A DNA stretch of 64,000 bases from an uncultured Clostridia bacterium (GCA_944392805.1 CALXXZ010000006.1:21587-85586), one strand, 5' to 3'. Positions 38,754 to 48,275 are shown, numbered from the stretch's first letter. The notes: generated by a model from the sequence alone, not told the origin. Numbers and translations: made by a program.

Positions 38754-40301
38754 ATGCAAGATGGCACATATGCAATATATCTAAGAAAATCTAGAGAAGA
38801 TATTGAAGCTGAAAAATATGGTGAAGGCGAAACTTTAGCAAGACATGAAAAAATTTTAACTACTTTAGCCGAAAAGCGAAATCTACCCATTTCAAGAATT
38901 TATAAAGAAGTTGTAAGTGGCGAAACAATCAGTGAAAGAAAAGAAATGCAAAAACTTTTAAAAGATGTTGAAAATGAGAAATGGACTGGTATTTTAGTTG
39001 TTGAAGTAGAAAGACTTGCTCGTGGCGATACTGCTGATCAAGGTATAGTTGCAAAAGCCTTCAAATATTCACATACAAAAATTATCACTCCTATGAAAAT
39101 ATATGACCCTGACAATGAATTTGATGAAGAATATTTTGAATTTGGTCTATTTATGTCTAGAAGAGAATATAAAACTATAAATAGACGTTTACAAAGAGGA
39201 CGTGAACTCTCAGTTCAAGAAGGTAAATTTGTTGGAAATATTGCTCCATTTGGCTATGATAGATTAAAACTAAAAGATTCAAAAGGATATACCCTATCTA
39301 TAAATCAAGATGAAGCACTTATAGTTAAAGAAATTTTTAGATTATATGCTTTTGAAAATGCGACTTTAAATTCAGTTGCACAACAGCTAAATGATCTAAA
39401 TTTGAAACCTAGAATTGCAAATGAATGGACAATTTCTTCTGTTAAAGATATTCTTTCTAATCCTACCTATATTGGTAAAATTGCATGGAATAGAAGAAAA
39501 CAAAAAAAGAAAACCAAAAATGGAAATATTATCATTACTAGACCTCGTAACACAGAGTTTTTAATTTATGATGGATTACATGAACCTATTATTGATAATA
39601 AAACTTGGATTATAGTTCAGGAAAAAAGAAAACAAAATACTCCTAAAATAAAACATAGCAATACTATTCAAAATCCATTAGTAGGACTCGTTTTTTGTGA
39701 AAAATGTGGCAAGCTAATGCAAAGGCGACCTTATTCAAAAGATGGTAAGCCTGCAACTTTAATTTGTTCTAATCCAAAGTGTGATAATGTAAGTTCTAAA
39801 CTTTATATTGTTGAAAATAAAATTATCGAATCATTAAAAATATGGCTTAAAAATTTTAAAATAAATTATGATTTTAAAAATAACTCAAGTTTCAATAATG
39901 AAATAATTGAAAAATCTATTGTTTCAACTCAAAAAGAACTAAAAAAAGAAAATTTGAAGCTTGATAAAGTTTATGTGTTTTTAGAAAATGGATTGTATAA
40001 TAGTGATGAGTTTATTAATCGTTCAAAAATTATAAAAAATAATATTGAAAGTTTAGAAATTAAATTAAATAAATATAATTCTTTATTACAACAAAATTTA
40101 GAAGATCAAAAAAATACTACAATACCAAGTTTAGAAAATGTTATGGATTTATATTATAAACTAGAGACTGCTGGAGATAAAAATGCTTTTCTAAAGTGTT
40201 TACTTTCAAAAGTTACATATTTGAAAACAAAAAAGTCTATAAAAAAGGATTCTGACCCAACTAATTTTGAATTACATTTATATCCTAAAATATTAATCTA
40301 A
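38754..40301 (+). CDS. Large serine recombinase (resolvase/invertase catalytic domain + recombinase domain + zinc ribbon + coiled-coil)
   Basis: N-terminus MQDGTYAIYLRKSRED carries the catalytic Ser, and ...VVEVERLARGD is resolvase-like. Zn ribbon CEKCG...CSNPKC and a C-terminal coiled-coil follow. AAAGGAG lies 6 nt before ATG 38754. Confidence 0.85.
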   Translation: MQDGTYAIYLRKSREDIEAEKYGEGETLARHEKILTTLAEKRNLPISRIYKEVVSGETISERKEMQKLLKDVENEKWTGILVVEVERLARGDTADQGIVAKAFKYSHTKIITPMKIYDPDNEFDEEYFEFGLFMSRREYKTINRRLQRGRELSVQEGKFVGNIAPFGYDRLKLKDSKGYTLSINQDEALIVKEIFRLYAFENATLNSVAQQLNDLNLKPRIANEWTISSVKDILSNPTYIGKIAWNRRKQKKKTKNGNIIITRPRNTEFLIYDGLHEPIIDNKTWIIVQEKRKQNTPKIKHSNTIQNPLVGLVFCEKCGKLMQRRPYSKDGKPATLICSNPKCDNVSSKLYIVENKIIESLKIWLKNFKINYDFKNNSSFNNEIIEKSIVSTQKELKKENLKLDKVYVFLENGLYNSDEFINRSKIIKNNIESLEIKLNKYNSLLQQNLEDQKNTTIPSLENVMDLYYKLETAGDKNAFLKCLLSKVTYLKTKKSIKKDSDPTNFELHLYPKILI

Positions 40302-40400
40302 TCACATAAAAATACTACTTTAACAACAATTGTGAAAGAATAAATATGTGCATTTTTAAGCATATTTATTCTTTTGAATATTCTCCCAAATGAAGAGTAT

Positions 40401-40883
40401 TTAATTTTTATCTTTTAATAAAACATTTCTCATTTCAACTATATCATAAAAAGGAATATGTATTCCTTCTTCTGCTAATCTTACTACTCTTAATGCAATA
40501 GTTATAATCTCATCTTTAACTACTTTTGGAATTTCTACATCTATATTTGAATTTATATACTTTTCTGCTATGTATTTTTCAGTAGTTGGAAAAATATTTT
40601 GTATCAAGAATACAGCTTTTTTTCCTAACACATTTCCAAAAACAAAATTATATACCGGTCGATTTCCAATTTTTAATTTTTTATTATCATAGATTTTTTT
40701 GTATTTATCATATTTAGTTGATATAGGAACAAACCATATTATTTCTTTATCTTTTCTATCTCTAAAACAAAAATAGCAAGGTCTTTTATTTCCAGATTCT
40801 TTATTTTTCATTAATTTATATTTTTTAAATATATCAAAAAACTCATCTTTTATAAAATAAAATTTTCCATCTTCTATTACCAT
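40401..40883 (-). CDS. ToxN/AbiQ-like endoribonuclease toxin candidate (type III toxin-antitoxin / abortive infection)
   Basis: 160 aa. The N-terminus KFYFIKDEFFDIFKKY...NKRPCYFCF...VPISTKY...FLIQNIFPTTEKY matches the ToxN/AbiQ pattern (KFY.I..Y...L..FD.KV...RP/NP....PL[ST]S.K; ...MIPI.E). It is immediately preceded by tandem repeats and a terminator in the type III toxin-antitoxin arrangement. Confidence 0.5.
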   Translation of the reverse strand: MVIEDGKFYFIKDEFFDIFKKYKLMKNKESGNKRPCYFCFRDRKDKEIIWFVPISTKYDKYKKIYDNKKLKIGNRPVYNFVFGNVLGKKAVFLIQNIFPTTEKYIAEKYINSNIDVEIPKVVKDEIITIALRVVRLAEEGIHIPFYDIVEMRNVLLKDKN

Positions 40884-40953
40884 TCTTTATCTCCTTTTAT
40901 GAAAATATGGGATCTAACTTAACTTTATAGACCCCATATTTTTACTATACTTA

Positions 40954-41060
40954 ACATTTTTTCACCTGCACATTTATATCTCGCAAGCAGGGTTGCGGTT
41001 CACATTTTTTCACCTATCCATTTATTCGACGCAAATAGGGTTGCGACTCACATTTTTAAT
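40954..41060 (-). ncRNA. Candidate type III antitoxin RNA: 2.2 tandem 48-nt repeats upstream of the ToxN-like gene
   Basis: R1 acattttttcacctgcacatttatatctcgcaagcagggttgcggttc and R2 acattttttcacctatccatttattcgacgcaaatagggttgcgactc are ~75% identical. Each has a conserved cgcaa-N6-ttgcg stem. A partial third repeat follows. A hairpin (aaatatgggatctaac...agaccccatattt, ~40905-40945) separates the repeats from the toxin gene. Confidence 0.5.
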
Positions 41061-41201
41061 TATAGTAGATATAAAATATCTACTACTATTATATTCATTA
41101 TACACACTTTTTATTAATATTTCAAGATTTATTTACAAATTAATTGAAAAAATTTTGGAAATTCACTAAATATGTTTTAATGTCTCTAGCTATTGACAAC
41201 A

Positions 41202-41408
41202 TCATGATACCCATTCTTCAGTACCAATATCATTTAATATAGCTTTTGCATTTTGGTCAGGCATACCAAATCTTTGAGACAAATATCTTAAAGAAGCCGC
41301 AAGTTCACCATCAGGACCTCCATATTGAGAAATTATTACTTTTGCAAGACGAGGGTCTGTGCATTTAATATTAACCGGATATTGTAGCATTTTATTATAA
41401 GTCCACAT
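41202..41408 (-). pseudogene. cotJC: Spore coat protein CotJC, N-terminal fragment (65 native codons + 3 element-encoded codons), with native ribosome-binding site
   Basis: MWTYNKMLQYPVNIKCTDPRLAKVIISQYGGPDGELAASLRYLSQRFGMPDQNAKAILNDIGTEE matches the CotJC N-terminus (B. subtilis MWVYEKKLQYPVKVS...LLTDIGTEE). It is followed by WVS-stop from the insertion. AAGGGGGAA lies 8 nt upstream of the ATG. Confidence 0.8.
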
Positions 41409-41472
41409 TTAAAAATTCCCCCTTTCCCAAGGCCACCCTTGGTTCAATATGGAGGAATTTTTTATAATTGTT

Positions 41473-43057
41473 TCATGCAGAAATATCAAATTTATACTTT
41501 ATATTGACATTTCTATCATCTATAACAATTCTATCAATTAACTTAAAAGCTAAACTTACATTTTCATCATTCAATTCATTAAGGTCTAAAATTTCTTTTA
41601 TTAAATCTCTATTATTTTTTCTTACATTAGCACTCTCTATTTTCTTTATTTCATATCTTTTTATCTCAATTTCTAATTGTTGTTTTTGACTTTCATATTT
41701 TTTTATAAGGTTTGAAAAAGTATCTTGTGAGATTATTTTAGCTATTTTATCTTCATATAAGTTACTTATTAATTTATTAACTTCTCGTTTTTTATTTTGA
41801 ATATTCATAATATCATTTTCATCATTTTCTTTATTTTGGATACCGTTTAAATTGCAAATCTGAAATATTTAAGAATTTTTGTATATTATTTTTTAATGAC
41901 CTTCTAACGATTTCTATTAATTCATCTTCTCTTATGTGGACACCTTCGCAAAAGTTTTTTCCATATTTTTTATAATTTGAACACACACATCTAAAATATC
42001 TGCCATGATTTTTATTATATGTAATTTTACTACCACATTTACAATAAACTAAGCCTGTTAATAAATGTCTTTTTCTATTAGAATAATTCCATTCATTTGT
42101 CTGTTTTTCTAGCATTTCTTGTACAGTATTATAAACTGCTCTACTTATTATAGCAGGATAATTATTTTCTACTATCACTTGTTTATCTGGAGATACTTTT
42201 TCAGTTTTTTGTATCTTATAATTTATTTTTTTAGATTTCAGTTGAATTAAATCTCCCACATAGCTTCTATCTCTCAATATCTTATTAATAATTGTAGAAT
42301 TCCATTTATATGTACAATTCTGTTTTGCATTTGGATTATAATAATTTGTTGTGTCTTGCTTATGTTGTAATGGTGTTTTTATTCCCCACTCATTAAACTT
42401 ATTTGCAATTTGTGTTTTTGAATTTCCTGACATATATAAATCAAAAATCTTTCTTACATTATCAGCAACTTCTTCATCTATTAATATATTATTTTTATTG
42501 TGTATATCTTTTTTCAAGCCATATGGTAAAAATGGTTTTATACATTCTCCTGCATTTGCTTTTGTAGTAATTACTGTTCTTACTTTATTTGAAATATCTT
42601 TTGCATACATATCATTAAATACTGCTTTAAACGGTGTTATATCGCTACTAAAATTATTTATATCAAATGTATCTATATTATCATTGACTGCGATATATCT
42701 TACTCTTTTTTCTGGAAAGTATTTCTCTAAAAATCGTCCTGTTTCTATGTAATCCCTTCCTAATCTTGATAAGTCTTTTGTAATAACTAAATTGATTATT
42801 CCATTTTCTATGTCTTTTATCATTCTCTGAAAAGCTGGTCTATTAAAATTTGTTCCAGTATAGCCATCGTCTGAATAAATGTCTATTAAATTCCATTTCA
42901 TTTTTAATACGACATTTTTTAAGAATTTAATCTGATTTTCAATACTTTCTGATTGACTTTTATATTTTGCTTCTTTCTCATCTTCTCTTGATAGCCTTAC
43001 ATATATGGCCACTTTCCATGTACCTTCTTCTACTAAATAGTTATCTGACTCATACAT
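41473..43057 (-). pseudogene. Second large serine recombinase, interrupted by a stop plus +1 frameshift (408-aa + 111-aa ORFs); probably inactivated
   Basis: 43057..41831 encodes the catalytic domain (AIYVRLSREDEKEAKY...), the recombinase domain and a zinc ribbon (CKCGSK...CVCSNYKKYGKNFC). 41808..41473 encodes the C-terminal coiled-coil expected in the same protein. The two are out of frame and 22 nt apart. The gene ends 64 bp from the cotJC ATG. Confidence 0.65.
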
Positions 43058-43457
43058 ACTTCCCTCCTATCTTGAGTCTATAACTACTTTTCTATTGTTC
43101 TTGAAATAAAAAAATAATTATTTTCATCAATCCAACTTTGAATTAAGTCCAATAATTTCTTCCCATCTTTTGTATATGTTTCTGTTATATTTTCATTCAA
43201 TGTAATCACCTCAATACAGTATATGCATTGGCAGTAAAAAATAGTTAAGAAATGGTTTCTTAGCTATTTTTTTGAATTGAATATAATATTTATGAATATA
43301 TTTTATATTAATTTTTTGATTATGTCTACTCTATTTTTTTACCTTTTTTTATCTTTATGTTATTTTCTGCCAAAATTTCCTATAATATTCAAGGTTGAAT
43401 TTTTAGTTTTTTATTGATACAATTCCAAAAAATAAAATTTTTAAAGGAGATATTGTT

Positions 43458-44003
43458 TTGGAAGAACTAATAAAAAATACATTGAATGGTGATAAGCATT
43501 CTTTTGAAGTTTTAATTGATTCTGTAGAAAGCGACTTATATCGTGTTGCACAAGCTAAACTTAGTAATATTGATGATATAAATGATGCTATTCAAGAAAC
43601 AATTACTAAAGCTTATTCTAAACTACATACTTTAAAGAAATCGAAATATTTTAGAACTTGGATTATAAAAATTTTGATTAATGAATGTAATGTTATTTAC
43701 AGAAAGAAGTATAAGCAAGCTAAAATTTTTAATAAATTATCTATTTCTAAAATTACTGATGAGGTTACTAATCCTTTTAATATTGTGGAAGATAAAATTG
43801 ATTTTGATATTTTACTTAAACATTTAAACGAAAAAGAACAATTAATTTTAGCTTTATATTTTAATAGTAAATTTATTCCTGATGAAATATCTGATATTTT
43901 GGGCATTAATGTAAATACTGTTAAAAGTATAATTTATAGAGCTAAAGAAAAACTTAAAAAATTTGTGGAAAAGGAGGAATTAGATAATGAATCAAGAAAA
44001 TAA
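43458..44003 (+). CDS. ECF-type sigma-70 family RNA polymerase sigma factor (paralog 1 of 3)
   Basis: 181 aa. Region 2 (DDINDAIQETITKAYSKL...WIIKILINECN) and region 4 (ISDILGINVNTVKSIIYRAKEKL) are present. TTG start with AAAGGAGA ribosome-binding site. Confidence 0.7.
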   Translation: MEELIKNTLNGDKHSFEVLIDSVESDLYRVAQAKLSNIDDINDAIQETITKAYSKLHTLKKSKYFRTWIIKILINECNVIYRKKYKQAKIFNKLSISKITDEVTNPFNIVEDKIDFDILLKHLNEKEQLILALYFNSKFIPDEISDILGINVNTVKSIIYRAKEKLKKFVEKEELDNESRK

Positions 44004-45045
44004 TGATAACTTAGATAAATTTTTATTTGATGCATATGAAAAAAATAAAGATATTCCTCTTTCTACTCAGAATATTATTGATAATACTATTGATAATTTA
44101 TTTGCTGAGAAAAATGTTAAACATAAAAAATCTTTTAATTTTGTACTAAAAAGAGTTGCTGTTTTGGTAATTTCACTTAGTGTCGTTACAGCTTCTACCG
44201 TTTTTGCTAAGGATATTATTAATTTCTTTACTTCGATTTTTACTAATAGCAATAAAGGCGTAGATACTGCTGTTGAAAATGGCTATGTGCAAAATGTGGA
44301 TATGGATTTTATTGAAGATAATAATTTGGGTGTTAAAGTTGATTATGTGCTTATGGATGACCACAATCTTAATATTTCATTTGTATATAAATACTTGGGT
44401 GATGATGTTTCTCAAATTACTGGGTTGAATTATATGGATTTAACTATTAAGGATGAAAATGAGAATGTTTTATATAGGTCTTCTAAAGATAATCAAAATG
44501 ATAATATGGTAAGTAATATTACAAAATACACAAACAATCAACAAATTATAGATAACACTACAATTAGAAGTTCTTTATTAGCTGCTTCTAATAATTTTCC
44601 AAAATCGGAAATGTTGTATATTTCAATAAATAATATATCTTTAAATAGTAATGATGAACTTATAAATGTTAATGGTAATTGGAATTTCTCAATAAATTTA
44701 GCTGATAAATTTATATATAGAACTAGTTATAAATATAATTGTAGTGATAATAAATATATTAACAATATAGAAACTTTACTTACAGACACTTCTTTAAAGA
44801 TCACTTTACAATTAAATACACCTTTTAATAAAAATATGATTTATTTGTACAATTCTATTATTTTAAAAGACGTTGATAATAAAGTATATTCTTATACTGA
44901 AATGTCAAGTAAAAATACCTCTGATTCAACTAGTTCAATTACATTATTTTATCCAATTACAATTTATGATACAAATATTGATAAATTATTTTTACATATT
45001 GATTTAGATACAGATAAAAGTATTGATATAGAATTATTAAAATGA
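43987..45045 (+). CDS. Putative anti-sigma factor: short cytoplasmic N-terminus, single transmembrane helix, large Asn/Ser-rich extracytoplasmic domain
   Basis: 352 aa. It overlaps the sigma gene by 17 nt. Transmembrane helix RVAVLVISLSVVTASTVFA. A terminator follows at 45050-45075 (gaggcatcaccaagatgcctctttt). Confidence 0.45.
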   Translation: MNQENNDNLDKFLFDAYEKNKDIPLSTQNIIDNTIDNLFAEKNVKHKKSFNFVLKRVAVLVISLSVVTASTVFAKDIINFFTSIFTNSNKGVDTAVENGYVQNVDMDFIEDNNLGVKVDYVLMDDHNLNISFVYKYLGDDVSQITGLNYMDLTIKDENENVLYRSSKDNQNDNMVSNITKYTNNQQIIDNTTIRSSLLAASNNFPKSEMLYISINNISLNSNDELINVNGNWNFSINLADKFIYRTSYKYNCSDNKYINNIETLLTDTSLKITLQLNTPFNKNMIYLYNSIILKDVDNKVYSYTEMSSKNTSDSTSSITLFYPITIYDTNIDKLFLHIDLDTDKSIDIELLK

Positions 45046-45134
45046 GAGGCATCACCAAGATGCCTCTTTTACAAGAAAATGATTCAATCAAATTAAATTA
45101 TTTACAGCTTCTCATTTAAATCTTTAGACGCATT

Positions 45135-45671
45135 TCAGCCCCATGTATCGAAATACATACATACTCTTAAATTAGAACTGCTACCAGTTACAAGGTAATA
45201 CTTGAAATAATATGTCCTATTAGGGACAATCTTTACATTAGGTACTGTTATTGCAGTACCATCCGCTGTTGCTGTAGCAATAACTAAACAATTATTATTG
45301 TAATCCCACAGCTCCGCAGAAACTTGTTTATTTGGATAGGAATTTCCATCCGCTCCAATTACCTCAAGGGTAAAATTGAGATAATTGCCACTATATTTTC
45401 TATCAGCACCACGGTAGTAGTTTCCTTTCATCGTAAAACATGACTGTATTAAATAGGTTCCTACACCATTTTCATCGACACTTTCCGGTGTCAACTCCAT
45501 TTCGTACGTTGTCCGTGTCTTTCCATTATCCAGTTTTTCGACTGAAACAATTTTTCCATTTGGATTTTCATTGTCAGCCTCGGCTGCAAGAGATACCATA
45601 GAAAAATTAGAAAAGCCCATCAACATAGCCATTACAAAAGCAACAATCCGATTTCTTTTTTTGGTCAACAT
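45135..45671 (-). CDS. Secreted protein of unknown function with clearly higher GC than its surroundings (likely horizontally acquired)
   Basis: 178 aa. Signal peptide MLTKKRNRIVAFVMAMLMGFSNFSMVSLAAEA. The coding sequence is roughly 38-40% GC against a ~25% background, with codon usage using C/G third positions. Confidence 0.5.
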   Translation of the reverse strand: MLTKKRNRIVAFVMAMLMGFSNFSMVSLAAEADNENPNGKIVSVEKLDNGKTRTTYEMELTPESVDENGVGTYLIQSCFTMKGNYYRGADRKYSGNYLNFTLEVIGADGNSYPNKQVSAELWDYNNNCLVIATATADGTAITVPNVKIVPNRTYYFKYYLVTGSSSNLRVCMYFDTWG

Positions 45672-45948
45672 ACATTTTCCTCCTTATTCTAGACCCAATT
45701 AAATCATTTTCCTGCTAAACCAATAAGTTACAGTTTGAAATTTATCTTAAACTTAACTATTGATTTCAAGTTATTACTTGTTTTGTACAGTTTCGTACAT
45801 TTCTTGGTAATTTTAGCACAAAAAGTTACAAAAAATAAAAAAAGGTAAAAAAAGATAAATATTTTTTACTTTTTTTCGACATTTTTTTAATATTTTGCAT
45901 TCGAATATCATTTTTTCGCATCTAATGTTTGGGAGATGGAAGGAAAAA

Positions 45949-46668
45949 ATGTTAAATTTACTTATTATTGATAAAGATGTTAATCATTCTATGAAATTAC
46001 TTAATGAATTTTCAAAAAATGCTGAAATTAAAGTATATAATGTTACTAGCACATTATTAGATGGAATTAAACTTTTAAATACTGGTATTATAGACATAAC
46101 TATAATAAATCTTAATTGTACAATTGATGAAATTACTAATGCTTTTAAACTAATTTCGAAATCATATATTGAAAAATACAACAAATCTATGATTGTATTG
46201 TCTAGTAAGGTTAGCAAATTGACTTCAAATGATTTTGTATACAGTTTTATTGATGATACTGAAGATATTTCAAAAATTTATATTAAAACTTGTGAAATAG
46301 TTGAAAACAAGTTTTATAAAATAAATAAAATTGATTTACTTACTAAGATAAATAAAGAATTAGAATATATTGGTTACAATATGTCCTATAATGGAACAAA
46401 ATACTTATCTGAATGTATTGCGCTAATTTATAGTAGTCATGATTATAGTGAAAATTTGAACAAAAACATTTATCCTGTTATTGCTAAAAAATATAATAAA
46501 ACTATCAATAATGTTAAGTGTAGTATCACTTGTGCAACTACTTCTATGTTTTATGATTGTGATGAAACTAGATTAAAAAATTATTTTAATTTTTATACTG
46601 TTATTAAGCCAAAACCTAAAGTCGTTATTTATACGATATTGAATAAAATTTATAATATAAAGTGCTAG
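45949..46668 (+). CDS. Spo0A-like protein: degenerate receiver domain (phospho-acceptor Asp replaced by Asn) + Spo0A C-terminal DNA-binding domain
   Basis: The C-terminal ...NIYPVIAKKYNKTINNVKCSITCATTSMF aligns to the Spo0A_C helix-turn-helix region ([26 protein letters not shown]). The N-terminal ~110 aa have a receiver-like pattern (IIDKD...ITIINLN...MIVLSS) but Asn sits at the Asp56 position. The start was chosen at 45949 after GGAAGGA. Confidence 0.5.
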   Translation: MLNLLIIDKDVNHSMKLLNEFSKNAEIKVYNVTSTLLDGIKLLNTGIIDITIINLNCTIDEITNAFKLISKSYIEKYNKSMIVLSSKVSKLTSNDFVYSFIDDTEDISKIYIKTCEIVENKFYKINKIDLLTKINKELEYIGYNMSYNGTKYLSECIALIYSSHDYSENLNKNIYPVIAKKYNKTINNVKCSITCATTSMFYDCDETRLKNYFNFYTVIKPKPKVVIYTILNKIYNIKC

Positions 46669-46747
46669 TACAAAAAATAGAAGAATATCAATAGTTAGAA
46701 AAAACTATTGATATTCTTCTTTAATAATCATGGATAATTGTATAAAT

Positions 46748-47755
46748 TTAAAAATAAAATCCAACACACAAATTTTCTTTAAATTCATTACTTAATTCTA
46801 TTTGATTTAGTTTTACATTCATGTTATATGATGATATTTCCATATTTGAATATGTATTATAAATATAATCTTGTACTTTTTCATTATTACATCTAGTTTG
46901 GTCTAAATAAACCCTATATTCATTTTCTATATATTGTATATCAAAAATACTCATTGAATAATCTATTTTATCTTGTACTCTAACAATTCTAATAAAATCT
47001 TCTTTATTATTTTTTGTATTTTCTACAAATTGTTCTATTCTAAATTTATTATCAGAAATCACTTCCGAATTATAAATTACAACACAATTATCTAAAACGG
47101 CTTGTTCTTTTGAATAATCTTTTGGAAGTTCCTCTAATGGTACATAACCATCTGATTTAGGTATTTTTTTTGCTCTATCAACATGAATCTCATCTCTATC
47201 TAATGTATTACTAATTTTTACTGACAAAATTTCTTTTTGGCTCTCATTTTCATTATCTCTATCTATTTCTACATATAATATTTTGTCATCAGTTTCTATA
47301 TTAGAAACATAAATACCAGGCATATATGGACTTGTTGATATTATAATTAGCAAAAAGTTATCTTTAAAATCTTCTTCTGTCATTTCAATTAAATTACTCA
47401 TGTTTTCTTTATATTTTAAATAATCATTAAAATTAGTTATTTTCTTATAATAAAATCTATTCATATATTCCATATCTTCTTTATAATCATAACTATAATT
47501 TGATACTGCAGTTTTTTGCGTAAAATATTCATATGCTGTTGTAAGTCCATATACTAATCCTGAAGTCCCTAAAAGTACTAATATTATTGTGATAGTACTT
47601 GTTAATAATTTTCTTATTTTATAATTGATTTCATTCTTTTGCTTTGTCTTTAATGTATAATCAATCCTATGTTCAATCTGTTGTGGTATTATAGTGTCTT
47701 TTTTACTTAAATCTTTTAATACTTCTTCAATTTCTTTCATACAATTCACCTCCAT
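46748..47755 (-). CDS. Putative anti-sigma factor (single transmembrane helix, extracytoplasmic domain), partner of sigma paralog 2
   Basis: 335 aa. Transmembrane helix LLTSTITIILVLLGTSGLVYGL. It overlaps the sigma gene by 29 nt. Confidence 0.4.
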   Translation of the reverse strand: MEVNCMKEIEEVLKDLSKKDTIIPQQIEHRIDYTLKTKQKNEINYKIRKLLTSTITIILVLLGTSGLVYGLTTAYEYFTQKTAVSNYSYDYKEDMEYMNRFYYKKITNFNDYLKYKENMSNLIEMTEEDFKDNFLLIIISTSPYMPGIYVSNIETDDKILYVEIDRDNENESQKEILSVKISNTLDRDEIHVDRAKKIPKSDGYVPLEELPKDYSKEQAVLDNCVVIYNSEVISDNKFRIEQFVENTKNNKEDFIRIVRVQDKIDYSMSIFDIQYIENEYRVYLDQTRCNNEKVQDYIYNTYSNMEISSYNMNVKLNQIELSNEFKENLCVGFYF

Positions 47756-48275
47756 ATTCTTGTCTTAATTTATCTTTCGCCCTTCTTATTTTAGTTTTGA
47801 TAGTATTTTCATTTTTCCTCATAATATGACCTATCTCTTTTGTTGTATATCCTGAATAATAGTATAAAGTTAAAATTGTTTGTTCATCAGGTGATAAATT
47901 TTTTATAAACATTTCAAAGTCTATTTTTTCTAAATTATCTTCTACTTCAATATACTTGTCCATTTCATTTTCTTCAATTGAAATATTGTATTTTTTCTTT
48001 TTATTATAAATATTATTGCATTTACTTATTAGTATTTTTATTAACCATGGTTTAAATACTTTATCATTTTTTAGTTTTCGGATATTTTTATAACAAGTTA
48101 ATATTGTATCTTGTATTGCATCTGCTATATCATCCATATCATTAAGTCTTGTCCTTGCTATACAGTACAAGTCACTTTTTATAGAATTTATTAATTCATC
48201 AAATGCTTCATCATCTTCTTTGGCTTTTTTCACTAATTCTTCCAATTTTAGTTCCTCCATTTTTAATATGTACAT
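47727..48275 (-). CDS. ECF-type sigma-70 family sigma factor (paralog 2 of 3)
   Basis: 182 aa. It shares DDI.DAIQ.T...WLIKILI.KCN and region-4 motifs with the other two paralogs. It begins 8 bp after the cotJB stop. Confidence 0.7.
   Translation of the reverse strand: MYILKMEELKLEELVKKAKEDDEAFDELINSIKSDLYCIARTRLNDMDDIADAIQDTILTCYKNIRKLKNDKVFKPWLIKILISKCNNIYNKKKKYNISIEENEMDKYIEVEDNLEKIDFEMFIKNLSPDEQTILTLYYYSGYTTKEIGHIMRKNENTIKTKIRRAKDKLRQEYGGELYERN

Larger units (their letters stand above)
32657..41226. mobile_element. ~8.5-kb intervening (skin-like) element inserted in cotJC, bounded by 14-bp imperfect direct repeats, encoding a large serine recombinase plus cargo
   Basis: Direct repeats attctttagtacca (32657-32670) and attcttcagtacca (41213-41226) overlap the cotJC codons GT(K/E)E at each junction. 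Contents are an ABC exporter pair, a TPKTG surface protein with sortase B, a large serine recombinase, and a ToxN-like gene with antitoxin repeats. Precise deletion between the repeats restores an in-frame cotJC. Confidence 0.65.
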
